Sequence record: NZ_CP096708.1
Reading direction: 5' to 3' (one strand)
Length of the DNA: 64,000 nt
From: a plasmid
The stretch's first letter is position 1; each line of letters begins with the position of its first letter. The position numbers and the translations under genes were made by a program. Below are positions 9,301 through 19,505 of the stretch, in pieces. The notes beneath the pieces were generated by a model. The model did no database searches. It was not told the DNA's origin and worked only from the letters and a program-made list of their open reading frames with translations.

Positions 9301-9696
9301 GCTCAAGCCTATGCTGTACAAGGGTTATAGGCTAAAAAAGAGTAAAAGATCTGTGTATACGTAAAACGTATAATTAAATAGCTATGTATATGAAACGTAG
9401 GAGATTATAGCGTATACAAACTATGGTTTAGATGTTTACCAAAATAACTAAAAACTATAAGTAACTGATTGATAATAATAATTTAATCATGTAAACAGAT
9501 AATGCAACTCTAAATATTATTTTTATGATCTTAAGTATTTGTAAAATAAAGAGAATATAGCGTTTACGCATATCTTCTTATGAAGCTCACATTTTTTTCT
9601 CAGTTTAATCTTTGCTAATATTAAAAAATCAATCAAAGTGATACAAAAAATATTATTTATTTTTTGTTTTTTATCTCAAAAAAAGAGGTCAAATTT

Positions 9697-10167
9697 ATGT
9701 CTAAAGATGAACTTGTTCCAATGGGTACAAGAGTGCCCCCAGGCATTAAGAAAGCATATATAGAAGCAGCGAGAAACAGTGGTTTAACGCCAGCAGAATT
9801 TCATAGAAATGTTCTTATAAATAATCTTTCTTTAGAGAGAGTCAAGTTACTAACAGATGAGTTATCACATCAAATCTCTTCAATGATGGAATATATGGAT
9901 AACTCATTTAAAACACATCTAGAAAAGATTGATCAACGACTAGAAGTCTATGAATCATCCATAAAACAAACAGTAATTGATAATGCGAGTTCTGAACATT
10001 CAGAAGTAATACTGACTTGCTTATTTCTTCTAGCAGCAACTCATTACAGGAATTTAGATACAGTTCTTGATTTCAATAAGAGACAAGTTGCAGGCCAAAC
10101 ACTCTTTGACTCAATTCATTCAGAAGCCAAACAAACCGTTAAGAAAAAAACCAAGACGGCTGCTTAA
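9697..10167 (+). CDS. Putative relaxosome accessory protein (ribbon-helix-helix-like N-terminus)
   Basis: Positioned between oriT and traD. Shine-Dalgarno AAGAGG lies 7 nt before the ATG at 9697. The fold is not verified. Confidence 0.45.
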   Translation: MSKDELVPMGTRVPPGIKKAYIEAARNSGLTPAEFHRNVLINNLSLERVKLLTDELSHQISSMMEYMDNSFKTHLEKIDQRLEVYESSIKQTVIDNASSEHSEVILTCLFLLAATHYRNLDTVLDFNKRQVAGQTLFDSIHSEAKQTVKKKTKTAA

Positions 10168-10185
10168 AAAGCTGGAGTAGAATAC

Positions 10186-12318
10186 ATGAAAGCAAAAAAT
10201 AATAACGGCCTTATAGAATTTACTCGTGGATCCGAAATATGGATTCATCAGTTCAAGATGTTCATTTCAAGTGTAATGAATGTGATTCTTTTTGGCGTGT
10301 GTGCAACACTTTGTATCGTTGCTTTATACCTCTATCTAAAATTAGATCAATCACATTTAGTGGCCGTTAGTGTCCAATGGGATATTCTAATACGACACGT
10401 GTTTTCTAATACTGAATCAAAGATCCCCCTTAAAATTAATGGTGCTATGCATGAGTACACCATCCAAGAAGCTCAGAGAATAATTGATCCATATTTTGCA
10501 CAATTCAAGTCCTATGTTTTCAAGTCACTTCTACTTGGTTTACTAAGTAGTGTCATGTTAATTGTTGGATTAATTTATTACTGGTTTTCCTATGGAAAAC
10601 AGGTAATGGCAGATGAACAGATACGAGGATCTGAGCTAAAATCAAATCAAGAATTGATTAATAAAATTAGAGATAATGGTGGATTTAGCCCATATAAATT
10701 AACTGGCGTACCACTTAAAAAAAATACTGAAGGAACAAATATTGGTGTAATTGGATCGCCTGGTTCTGGTAAGTCACAAGTCTTCCGTGATGTGATTTCT
10801 CAAGTAAGAAGTCGTCAAAGAAAGGCAATTATTTATGACCCTTCTGGTGAATTTACTCAGGAATTTTATCGACCTGGAGTAGATATAATTCTAAATCCTT
10901 TTGATGCACGAATGCCTTTTTGGAGTCCTTATCTTGAAGTTGAGCATGAAGAGCATTTTGATAGTATTGCAAAAGCATTCATCCCTGTAGTTTCGAAAGA
11001 ACCTTATTTTGAATCTGCTGCACAAGCTGTTTTTTCTGAGATTATGCGTGAACTTTATAATCAAGGTGATAAAACAAATAGATCTATTTATGACACAGTT
11101 TCTTTATCTACAGTTAGCGAAATTCACTCTCTGTTAGAAGGTACACCAGCAGCTAAGCATGTCGATCCTAAAAATGAAAAAACAGTGCTTGGCGTACTTT
11201 CAACAGTTCAAACTAAACTTGCTGTATTTCGTTATTTACCAGACTCAGGAGAGCCTTTTTCTATACGCCAATGGGTAAAAAAATCTGAAGAGGATTCATG
11301 TATATTTTTATCTATTCGAGAAGAACAAAAGACAACAATTGAGCCATTAATTGCTCTTTGGTTTTCGGTCTTTATTAAATCCGTTATGAACTTGCCAGCA
11401 ATACACAAAGAGTTACTTTGGTTGTTTTGTGATGAGATTCCAACTTTGCCACGGATGGATGACATACCAATGTCATTAACGAATACTCGAAAATACGGCT
11501 TATGTCATATGCTTGGCTTTCAGGATTTGCCACAGCTCGATAGTAAGTATGGCGATAAGATTGCTCAGTCAATGTTATCTGCATTACAGACAAAAATATT
11601 TATGCGTGTTAATGAAAACAATACTGCTAAACGTATGTCTGAAATATTGGGACAAATGGAAGTAGCAGAAAAAAATCAATCACGGTCTATGGGTATTGAA
11701 TCTAGTAGAGATGGAGATAGTTTTATTACACAAAGACGCGAACGTTTCATTGTGATGCCATCGGAAATTATGCGACTTCCTGACCTTAAAGGTTACTTAA
11801 GAATCCCTGGAGATTTTCCAGTAACTTTAGTTCAACAAACCTATCACCCACATACAAAAAATCAACCTCCACTTGTTCTGCGTGAGAGTCTAAGTGCTAT
11901 GGCAATTCTTACAAGTAACGATGATGTAGAGGAAGAAATAGATCATTCTAGTAATGGTATTTATGATCAAGTTTTAAGTCAAAATAATGATTTTTTAGCT
12001 CAGGATTCATCATACGATCATAGGCAAGAAGCTGATTATCTAGAGCCAGAATCTCAAGATGTCTATCAAGAAACATCCAATGAACAAAATGTATCTCAAT
12101 CAGTTCATGACGATAAAACTGGTGAATATGAAGATCAAAATTATCATGATGAGCTTGATGAAAAAAAGAAAGATACGAGTAGATTAGCTTCATTTAAAAA
12201 GTATGAAAATGAGGATAGTTCCAGCCAAGTTGATACATCATCACAGTCAACAAGTGAGTCAACTAATAACTCCAATGGTGACTTATTTTCAAACTACTTT
12301 GGCGACAACAATAATTAA
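10186..12318 (+). CDS. traD: Type IV coupling protein (TraD/VirD4 family)
   Basis: N-terminal transmembrane segments, Walker A GSPGSGKSQ, and an acidic Ser/Asp-rich C-terminal tail. Confidence 0.85.
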   Translation: MKAKNNNGLIEFTRGSEIWIHQFKMFISSVMNVILFGVCATLCIVALYLYLKLDQSHLVAVSVQWDILIRHVFSNTESKIPLKINGAMHEYTIQEAQRIIDPYFAQFKSYVFKSLLLGLLSSVMLIVGLIYYWFSYGKQVMADEQIRGSELKSNQELINKIRDNGGFSPYKLTGVPLKKNTEGTNIGVIGSPGSGKSQVFRDVISQVRSRQRKAIIYDPSGEFTQEFYRPGVDIILNPFDARMPFWSPYLEVEHEEHFDSIAKAFIPVVSKEPYFESAAQAVFSEIMRELYNQGDKTNRSIYDTVSLSTVSEIHSLLEGTPAAKHVDPKNEKTVLGVLSTVQTKLAVFRYLPDSGEPFSIRQWVKKSEEDSCIFLSIREEQKTTIEPLIALWFSVFIKSVMNLPAIHKELLWLFCDEIPTLPRMDDIPMSLTNTRKYGLCHMLGFQDLPQLDSKYGDKIAQSMLSALQTKIFMRVNENNTAKRMSEILGQMEVAEKNQSRSMGIESSRDGDSFITQRRERFIVMPSEIMRLPDLKGYLRIPGDFPVTLVQQTYHPHTKNQPPLVLRESLSAMAILTSNDDVEEEIDHSSNGIYDQVLSQNNDFLAQDSSYDHRQEADYLEPESQDVYQETSNEQNVSQSVHDDKTGEYEDQNYHDELDEKKKDTSRLASFKKYENEDSSSQVDTSSQSTSESTNNSNGDLFSNYFGDNNN

Positions 12319-12330
12319 AGCGAGGGAAAT

Positions 12331-15300
12331 ATGATAGGTGTCAATAATGTTTCTGAGACAGGACAAGCGTTAAAATATTATCAACTTGATAACTATTATA
12401 CGAATAGTCAGCAGGCTTTAGATCAGACTGAATGGTATGGTCAAGGAGCGCAGATACTTGGTATTGAAGGAGAGCAAGTTGATTCTAAAACGTTTGCAGA
12501 TCTTCTAAATGGAAAGATTGATGATCAGCAGTTAGGCAGAGTTAGAGTCGATGATCAAGGTAATAAATACATAGAGCACAGAGCAGCTATGGATATTACT
12601 TTTAGTGCACCGAAGTCAGTATCTATTCTTGCTGAAGTTTATCAAAATCAGGATGTTTTAGAAGCACATCAAAATGCAGTCAAAGAAACATTATCGACTA
12701 TTGAGGAGAATTTTGTTCAGACAAGATTAAGTGAAGATGGACAAAAACAAAAAGTTGATAGTGATAATTTAATAGTTGCTCTCTTTAATCATAATACTAG
12801 TCGTGCATTGGATCCTCAAACTCATACCCATGCTGTAGTTATGAATGCAACATTTAATGATAAAGATACTTGGTCAAGTATAAGTAATGAAGCAATTTAT
12901 GCAAATCAGTCAGTAATTGGTTCAATTTACAATGCTAACTTGGCTAATAATTTAAAGGAATTAGGTCTAGATCTTGAAGTAAAAGATAACAAAGGTAATT
13001 TTGAAATTGCGGGATTTTCTCCTGAAGTATTAGAAGAATTTTCGCAACGTAGAAAACAAATTATTGATAGCCTCAGTGATCGTGGTATTGATATTGGAGA
13101 CGCACCAGCCAGCTTACGTGAACAGGCAGCACTAAAAACGAGAGATCGAAAGAAAGGGTTTGATGAGCAAGAGCTTAGAGAAAGCTGGAAATCTAGAGCT
13201 AGTGAACTTGGGATTTCTGATAAATTTATTGACGACATTAGATTACAAATTAGAGAAAATAAGTTAATTGCGGATCCGCAACTAGGAAAAGAAACTCAAC
13301 CTGAAGAAGTTCAGGATCCACAGAAAATACCACAGACGAGAGATAATCAACTGGATCAACCTGAAGTAGCTCAAGATCCACAGAAAGTACCACAGACGAG
13401 AGATAATCAACTGGATCAACCTGAAGTAGCTCAAGATCCACAGAAAGTACCACAGATGAGAGATAATCAACTGGATCAGCCTGAAGTAGCTCAAGATCCA
13501 CAGAAAGTACTACAGACGAGAGATAATCAACTGGATCAGCCTAAATCAACCCAAGAACCAGAAAATCAAAAACCTAATAGAGTACGTCCACCTAAAAGAG
13601 ATAAACCACCAATTGTGATTTCCGAAAAAACCAAGGAAGCAGTTTTTTATTCTATTGGGCATCACACAGAACGTGAAATGATGATTAATGAAAATAAGAT
13701 CATAGATACAGCAATGAAAGTTGCTGTAGGTGAAACAGACTTTTTGCAAGTTAAAGCTGAACTGGATAGGTTGAAGAAAGCCAATATTATTATTCAGGTA
13801 GGAAATAGGATAACAACAAAAAAACTAGCTACTGATGAAGTATGGTCACTTGAACACATAAAATCAGAGAAAGGGAGTATGAGTCCAATACTCAATGAGA
13901 AAGCTATTAAGGACAGAATTAACCAGGAAGAAAAACTTAGAGGGAAGCAGTACACAGCAGGACAAAGAGATAGTATTGAGACGATTTTAACTTCTGACAG
14001 TAGATATGTTGCAGTAGATGGATTAGCAGGTACGGGTAAAACTACTCTCTTACATACTATTAATAAAATTGCGAGTGAAAACGGATTTATAGTAAGAGGA
14101 ATGGCAGCTACTGGTGTTGCAGCAAAGAACTTGGAAATGGAGACAGGAATAGAGTCTAAAACAATTGCCATGTTCCAATTTAAAGCTAATGATCTACTTA
14201 AACAGGCAATGGAGCAAGGCGTTGAAAATCGCAAACCTGAAATCTGGATTATAGATGAATCAAGTTTTGTTGGTCAGAATAGCTTTAAGGAAATTTTGAG
14301 CTTATCAAAACAACTAAATACAAGAGTTGTATTTTTAGGCGATAAAAACCAGTTACAAGCAATTAATGCAGGTAAACCTTTTGAATTAGCTCAAAATACA
14401 AATTCTATAGACTTGGCAAAAATGCATAATATTTTGCGTCAAAAGAATCAGGAATTAAAAGATGTTGTAACGTTGGTAGTAGCTAAAAATGATAAAGGAG
14501 AAATTGATCTTAGTAAAAATGCTGAAGCATTTGACTTATTGGATTCGCAAAAAAGAATACATGAATTTGGAAGTGTTCAATCTGGTAAAAATAAAGGGGT
14601 AAAAAGTCAGCTAAATGATAATGAAGATATACATCTTGTTCACAAAGAATTAATTAAAAGCTATATGTCAAATGATGCTAAAGGACGACAAGAAAGTTTA
14701 ATTATTACTCCATTTAACTCGGATCGTGTTGTTTTGAATGCATTGGTAAGAGAGGAAATGAGGAAGGCAAATGAACTTCATGGGCCTGATAGTGAATTTT
14801 CCATTCTTATCAATACAAATTACACAGAACCTCAAAGAAGTTTACAAGCAAACTATGAGCGAGGAATGGTAGTTAGATTTCAAAAAAACTATGCAGATAA
14901 AGATGGTCAAAATAAAATCTTTAAAGGCCAATATTTAAAAGTTTTGATGAAAAATAAAGACGGTACTCTAACATTGGAAGATAAAGACAAGAATCAGTTT
15001 CAATGGAATCCAAAGAAAAAGAGTAATAGTGTAGAAGTGTATAAAGAAGAAAATCGCAAGGTAGCAATTGGAGATACAGTCAGATTTACCAGAACTAAAG
15101 AAGAAGAAGATATAAAAAATGGTGAACGTTATAAGATTAAAGGCTTAACCGAAGATCATGTGAAAATTGAAGATCAAGCGGGAAACGAAAAGCTAATAGA
15201 TAAAGGTGATTTTAAACACTGGGATTATGGTTACAGTAATACAGTATATTCATCACAAGGGTTAACAAAAGGCAATGTATTCTTATTGCTCAACAGTCGA

Positions 15301-15570
15301 AAAATCGCTAAAGATTTAAATGACGATAAGGCTGCTACTAAGGTGCTAGGTAAAGCTTTTGGTACACGTTCTTTCTATGTGGCGGTAACACGAGAAGAGC
15401 ATAACTTGCAAGTTTTTACTGATAACAAGAATGCATCACGACAGGCCATAACATTTAAACAAGATAAGTCTAGTTTTGTTGAAGCTATTCAAAAAGCAAA
15501 TATCGAAATTCCAACGCATTTGTTAGAAAATGAAGAATTGCAACAAGCAAAATATGAGATTGATAGATAG
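12331..15570 (+). CDS. traI: MOBF relaxase-helicase (TraI/TrwC family)
   Basis: A 1079-aa protein with an N-terminal relaxase region (HTHAVVMN histidine motif) and a C-terminal RecD-like helicase carrying Walker A GLAGTGKTT. Confidence 0.85.
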   Translation: MIGVNNVSETGQALKYYQLDNYYTNSQQALDQTEWYGQGAQILGIEGEQVDSKTFADLLNGKIDDQQLGRVRVDDQGNKYIEHRAAMDITFSAPKSVSILAEVYQNQDVLEAHQNAVKETLSTIEENFVQTRLSEDGQKQKVDSDNLIVALFNHNTSRALDPQTHTHAVVMNATFNDKDTWSSISNEAIYANQSVIGSIYNANLANNLKELGLDLEVKDNKGNFEIAGFSPEVLEEFSQRRKQIIDSLSDRGIDIGDAPASLREQAALKTRDRKKGFDEQELRESWKSRASELGISDKFIDDIRLQIRENKLIADPQLGKETQPEEVQDPQKIPQTRDNQLDQPEVAQDPQKVPQTRDNQLDQPEVAQDPQKVPQMRDNQLDQPEVAQDPQKVLQTRDNQLDQPKSTQEPENQKPNRVRPPKRDKPPIVISEKTKEAVFYSIGHHTEREMMINENKIIDTAMKVAVGETDFLQVKAELDRLKKANIIIQVGNRITTKKLATDEVWSLEHIKSEKGSMSPILNEKAIKDRINQEEKLRGKQYTAGQRDSIETILTSDSRYVAVDGLAGTGKTTLLHTINKIASENGFIVRGMAATGVAAKNLEMETGIESKTIAMFQFKANDLLKQAMEQGVENRKPEIWIIDESSFVGQNSFKEILSLSKQLNTRVVFLGDKNQLQAINAGKPFELAQNTNSIDLAKMHNILRQKNQELKDVVTLVVAKNDKGEIDLSKNAEAFDLLDSQKRIHEFGSVQSGKNKGVKSQLNDNEDIHLVHKELIKSYMSNDAKGRQESLIITPFNSDRVVLNALVREEMRKANELHGPDSEFSILINTNYTEPQRSLQANYERGMVVRFQKNYADKDGQNKIFKGQYLKVLMKNKDGTLTLEDKDKNQFQWNPKKKSNSVEVYKEENRKVAIGDTVRFTRTKEEEDIKNGERYKIKGLTEDHVKIEDQAGNEKLIDKGDFKHWDYGYSNTVYSSQGLTKGNVFLLLNSRKIAKDLNDDKAATKVLGKAFGTRSFYVAVTREEHNLQVFTDNKNASRQAITFKQDKSSFVEAIQKANIEIPTHLLENEELQQAKYEIDR
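13268..13282. repeat. Palindrome family copy (TTGCGGATCCGCAAC) inside the traI CDS
   Basis: Encodes ADPQ and lies immediately before the 60-bp tandem repeats. Confidence 0.9.
13301..13556 (+). repeat. In-frame 60-bp tandem repeat (about 4.3 copies) inside traI
   Basis: Units start at 13301, 13361, 13421 and 13481. They encode PEVAQDPQKVPQTRDNQLDQ four times in the linker between the relaxase and helicase domains. Confidence 0.9.
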
Positions 15571-15649
15571 CAAAAAGGCGGTAGGTTTTTGTTATCTCTC
15601 GAAAAGTGGTATAGTTGGATTACGATTTTTCATATTGAGGTAGGCAAAC

Positions 15650-16084
15650 ATGACGGTTACGGAAAATGCAACCATGAAAAATGTTAGCAATCGTATCTAT
15701 GAAGATCGGGAAGCTATACAACTTTTGATCAATCCAACTTACAAGTATTTGCTAACAGTATATTCAAGGAAAAAGGAATTACCTTTTAATTATGTACTCA
15801 GTTATCTCGTTGGTAATGCTGTGAATGATCCTGATTTATTGTCGGAAATAAAACGCATCCAGCCCCAATTCAAAGGTGTTAAAGGGAAAAACACACCTTT
15901 TAGATTAGATACTGAGATAGCTAAACGCTTCAAAGAAGTTGCAAAAACTCAAAAAGGTGACTTGTATTCAAGCTTTGTGAACGCAGCTATTTATTATTTT
16001 CTAAAGCATGGTGATTTTGAAAAAATGCCAGAGCTACAGGCTTTGATCAATAACGAGATCAACACTGAAGAAAAGCCTAGTTAA
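15650..16084 (+). CDS. Hypothetical protein (144 aa)
   Basis: A clean ORF with no recognisable motif. Confidence 0.4.
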   Translation: MTVTENATMKNVSNRIYEDREAIQLLINPTYKYLLTVYSRKKELPFNYVLSYLVGNAVNDPDLLSEIKRIQPQFKGVKGKNTPFRLDTEIAKRFKEVAKTQKGDLYSSFVNAAIYYFLKHGDFEKMPELQALINNEINTEEKPS

Positions 16085-16088
16085 TAGG
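16061..16088 (+). terminator. Intrinsic terminator
   Basis: Stem AGCCTA/TAGGCT followed by TTTTTTT. Confidence 0.6.
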
Positions 16089-16124
16089 CTTTTTTTCTAA
16101 CTCAATTTCATAATCCCAGGTTGT

Positions 16125-17144
16125 TTGATGACTACAAATAAAACGATTGTATTTGTCTTTTTGTCAATATTCGCTTTAATTATCTCTATTGCACTTCTAG
16201 TTGCTTTATCAATTTATATAAGATCAAGCTATATAGTTTTAAGTGCTGCCGTATTAAGCCTAATTGGTTCCTCTTTATTTTTGATCAGATTTCTATACAG
16301 AACATTCATTAATGAAACATCAACCTATAAAGAAAAATATACTTTTTGGGTTATGTCTTATTCAATGTTCATCGTTGTAGTTTTTACAATCCCATTGGGT
16401 TATTTTATTAATGTTTATGACCAAAAAAGATATACAAAAAATTTTTTGGATTTATTAAATAGTGTTGAGTTCAAATCAATTCTAAAACTAGGAACAGAAA
16501 ATGATGTGTATGTTCAACTAGGAAATACAAATACTGGTTGGAGTAAAACACGTTTAGTTCTGCCTGAATCCTCTAATGCTTCAATGTACTTAAACAATGG
16601 ATATTGTGGCTTAAATTATGATGATGACTCATCTACTTCTATGAAGAAAAGCATTTCAAAATATCTTGACAAAGATAGACTGAAAAATAATCAAATAGAT
16701 TTAGCAAAGTTGTCAATAATGGTGCATGAATTTGGGCACTGTCTTGATATGAAAAGAGATTTTATAAGCTTTAATACAAAACTAATTCCAGAAAAAAATA
16801 CATTGATAATTGGAAAAAATGCAATAGTTCCTAAAATGAGATCCAAAGCTAAGGATATTGAAAGTTATTTACTTTTGGCACAAGACTCTACGTTGTGGAA
16901 AGAAGTATTTGCAGATGTATATGCATCAGGTTATATGTTTGTCAATCATCCGAATGAAGCTTTTCAAATAACAAAAGGTTTACAAGAGTATCGGTTAAAA
17001 AACAAAAAAGATGATCCAGAGCACAATTCATCCTGTTATCTAAATGTTGTACTAACTTCTACTAAGCCAAAATCAAATGAAGAACTAATCAAGTGGAGTG
17101 ATAAAATTCGTGAAGATAAAAAATGTAATAGCGGGTTTTACTAG
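16125..17144 (+). CDS. Membrane protein with an HExxH zinc-metallopeptidase-like motif
   Basis: Several N-terminal hydrophobic helices. The motif MVHEFGHCLD lies in the C-terminal domain. Confidence 0.5.
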   Translation: MMTTNKTIVFVFLSIFALIISIALLVALSIYIRSSYIVLSAAVLSLIGSSLFLIRFLYRTFINETSTYKEKYTFWVMSYSMFIVVVFTIPLGYFINVYDQKRYTKNFLDLLNSVEFKSILKLGTENDVYVQLGNTNTGWSKTRLVLPESSNASMYLNNGYCGLNYDDDSSTSMKKSISKYLDKDRLKNNQIDLAKLSIMVHEFGHCLDMKRDFISFNTKLIPEKNTLIIGKNAIVPKMRSKAKDIESYLLLAQDSTLWKEVFADVYASGYMFVNHPNEAFQITKGLQEYRLKNKKDDPEHNSSCYLNVVLTSTKPKSNEELIKWSDKIREDKKCNSGFY

Positions 17145-17224
17145 ATTTTTGAGGTTCTAATCACAGATATTATAAATAAACCTTAATCCAACCAGAAAAA
17201 GAAAAAACCACTATAAACGTAAAA

Positions 17225-17249
17225 TAGGGCCTTTCTAGGCCCTTTGTTT
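17225..17249. terminator. Bidirectional intrinsic terminator
   Basis: GGGCC-TTTCTA-GGCCC followed by TTTGTTT, between convergent genes. Confidence 0.6.
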
Positions 17250-17291
17250 AGGTACTTTATTCGTGAGAAGTAACTAGGTATTCAGGCTATC

Positions 17292-17373
17292 TAAGAGTGG
17301 CCATCATAGATAAAAACGTCTATGGCCGTGGCAAACTTAGCTTCAGTATAGATAAATATGTCTATGCTCGATT
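17292..17373 (+). repeat. Repeat element B, partial copy (sites 2 and 3 only)
   Basis: Matches 4094-4188 and includes ATAGATAAAAACGTCTAT and ATAGATAAATATGTCTAT. Confidence 0.7.
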
Positions 17374-17929
17374 ATTTGGTTAAATAGTTGCCAATTTTAT
17401 CAATATATTTATTTGACAATTCTTTATTAAACTTAGAAGTTTTTTCTTTAACTTGTGATTCAGGAAGTTGGGCTAATACTCGATCTGTAGTAATGATTGG
17501 CGATTTATAGTTAAAGCGACCCTTTGTACAATACATAATTTGACTTGGATAAACTTTAAATCCTAGAACCTGTTTTGTTGTTCTATCAAAAATAGGAGTT
17601 CCTTTAATAATAGAACCGTTATCGTTTATTGTTAGTATGGCAATTTTACCATTCCCATCTTTTTTAACAGTAACATTGTCAAAGTAACAATCATTTTTAG
17701 AGCCTAAAGAATTTGTATAATTAATAATATCAACATCAGTTAGGCTTTTATTCAATTGTCTTCCTTTATATATCATGAATGATAAGACTAGAATTACAAT
17801 CAAAAGCAAAGGAATTGCTTGGAAGATAGTTTTTAATTCAAGTACTTGAGGGTGATTGTTGTGATTATTAAAACTCATCTTTTGTTTAATACCTTTATTT
17901 AAAATGAAATGCATATGGTTGTAAATCAA
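17372..17929 (-). CDS. Hypothetical membrane-anchored, probably periplasmic protein
   Basis: A single N-terminal hydrophobic helix. It is the last gene of the minus-strand accessory cluster. Confidence 0.4.
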   Translation of the reverse strand: MIYNHMHFILNKGIKQKMSFNNHNNHPQVLELKTIFQAIPLLLIVILVLSFMIYKGRQLNKSLTDVDIINYTNSLGSKNDCYFDNVTVKKDGNGKIAILTINDNGSIIKGTPIFDRTTKQVLGFKVYPSQIMYCTKGRFNYKSPIITTDRVLAQLPESQVKEKTSKFNKELSNKYIDKIGNYLTK

Positions 17930-18512
17930 TAGGATTCCATTGCTTTAGTTTAATATCTGATATTATTGATTCTTCATTTCCAAACAAAAACCAAAATTCA
18001 TCATTAAGATAAATATCTCCATATGAATCGTATTCATCTATTTCAAGGCTTACTGTATACAAATTACTATCTTGGCCTTGATTTGAAATTCTTAAGACAA
18101 CTTGAGCATACGCATTCTTAAGTAGGGTAATATGATCAGGATCATCCCAATGGTTTGTATCACCTACCTCTATATTTAAAACGTCGAAAAGGTTTAGAGC
18201 CAATATTTTACGAGTGATATCTCTCATTTTCTGTACCTTAATTTGTAAATTTACCTTATTACTATCTTGAACTGTTACACAAGAAGCGTTCTCAAATACC
18301 CACATAGATAAATCGGTATTCGGAAAAGCCTGATTAGTTAATTTACGGAAAGCTATATCAAAAACTTCATTCTGTTCTGCGTTTCTTTTGGCCCAAACTT
18401 TAATATTTCCATTGTATAGATTCGGGATCCAAGGTATTGAACTTACTTTAACATCCCACTCTACAAGATCAGTTGAATTAATAATTTTTAAATCATCATC
18501 CTTTAATGTCAT
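17895..18512 (-). CDS. Hypothetical protein (205 aa)
   Basis: Overlaps both the methyltransferase gene and the next gene, which suggests coupled translation. Confidence 0.4.
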   Translation of the reverse strand: MTLKDDDLKIINSTDLVEWDVKVSSIPWIPNLYNGNIKVWAKRNAEQNEVFDIAFRKLTNQAFPNTDLSMWVFENASCVTVQDSNKVNLQIKVQKMRDITRKILALNLFDVLNIEVGDTNHWDDPDHITLLKNAYAQVVLRISNQGQDSNLYTVSLEIDEYDSYGDIYLNDEFWFLFGNEESIISDIKLKQWNPIDLQPYAFHFK

Positions 18513-19218
18513 TTAAGTAATCCTCAGCATTAGAAACAGAAAGTATGGAAGCAAGAATAGCTTGACGTTCAGCGCATGGAAGATCTTTGAAGTTATTTGC
18601 CCACCTTTCAGCTTTACGTTTAATTCTTTGTCGGTCAGTAAAATCTTTACCTGCATAAGTATGATAATGAATGGTATTTGGAAAAAAATTACACCAAACT
18701 GTCTCAGTCCGAACACCACCCCTTGTCATAGCCTGGAAATCTATAGACCACCAGTCCGCAATAAGTTCATCGTAAATTCTATTTCTATAACCAGATAAAA
18801 GAACAAAACAATTTTCAGGCAATTTCTTTAGGAGTTGAATTAGTTTCAGATGGTCTTCATCATTAAATTCATATTTGTAGCGCTTTTTACTTGATCTGGT
18901 TTCGAGTAAGTAAGGTGGATCACAATATAAAACTGTTCGGCCAGATTGGGAAAAATCAAACTCATTTAAGAAATTTAAAGAATCAGTATGATAAAGCTCA
19001 ACATCATTTTCGGGTGAAATAAAAGATTCAATACAATCAATATTTAAATCTATTCCAATTTGTCTAGATGACTTAGCTTTTTTAGATAAAATTGATCCAG
19101 TGCCTAAGAATAGTTCTATGTAGGTATCATGTGGTGGAATTAAGTTAATAATAGCTTGATAAACACCACTTCCTGATTTTGCACCTAAGTAGTTATTTAA
19201 AATAGAATTCATCTTCAT
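18496..19218 (-). CDS. Dam-like (D12 class) N6-adenine DNA methyltransferase
   Basis: NYLGAK, FLGTGS (motif I) and YCDPPY (motif IV), in the same order as in E. coli Dam. Confidence 0.8.
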   Translation of the reverse strand: MKMNSILNNYLGAKSGSGVYQAIINLIPPHDTYIELFLGTGSILSKKAKSSRQIGIDLNIDCIESFISPENDVELYHTDSLNFLNEFDFSQSGRTVLYCDPPYLLETRSSKKRYKYEFNDEDHLKLIQLLKKLPENCFVLLSGYRNRIYDELIADWWSIDFQAMTRGGVRTETVWCNFFPNTIHYHTYAGKDFTDRQRIKRKAERWANNFKDLPCAERQAILASILSVSNAEDYLNDIKG

Positions 19219-19233
19219 ACCTATTTTAATTGT

Positions 19234-19491
19234 TTACTTTGGACAGCTTTTTGAATATTGAATATCTTTAGAACATTCATTTTTTGTTTTTAATTTAGGT
19301 AAATCTATACTGAAAACGATTACATTGAGAAAAAAGAATATGCCAATGTAAAATATATTTTTTCCAGTTTCTCTTACCCATAAATCTGAGCGATATTTTT
19401 TTGAATAAATCCAATACAACCCAGGTATAATCATACATAAGGATAAAATCAAAAGTATGATAGATGGAGTTGAAAGTTTAAAATAGTCCAT
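19234..19491 (-). CDS. Small membrane protein (85 aa)
   Basis: Two hydrophobic helices. Confidence 0.3.
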   Translation of the reverse strand: MDYFKLSTPSIILLILSLCMIIPGLYWIYSKKYRSDLWVRETGKNIFYIGIFFFLNVIVFSIDLPKLKTKNECSKDIQYSKSCPK

Positions 19492-19505
19492 ATTTAATTC
19501 TCCAT

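Noticed and set aside
13301-13556. Possible CRISPR array (regular 60-bp repeats) and possible CRISPR-like spacing of the B operator sites
   Set aside because: The 60-bp units are contiguous with no spacers and are in-frame coding sequence of traI. The B sites are imperfect inverted repeats at irregular spacing. Neither is a CRISPR array, and no cas gene is present.
12927-14234. Minus-strand and alternative-frame ORFs inside traI (12927-13238, 13250-13501, 13282-13494, 13546-13749, 13794-14234)
   Set aside because: They lie entirely within a well-supported 1079-aa relaxase-helicase gene. Several are generated by the 60-bp tandem repeat read in other frames. None has a Shine-Dalgarno or start context.
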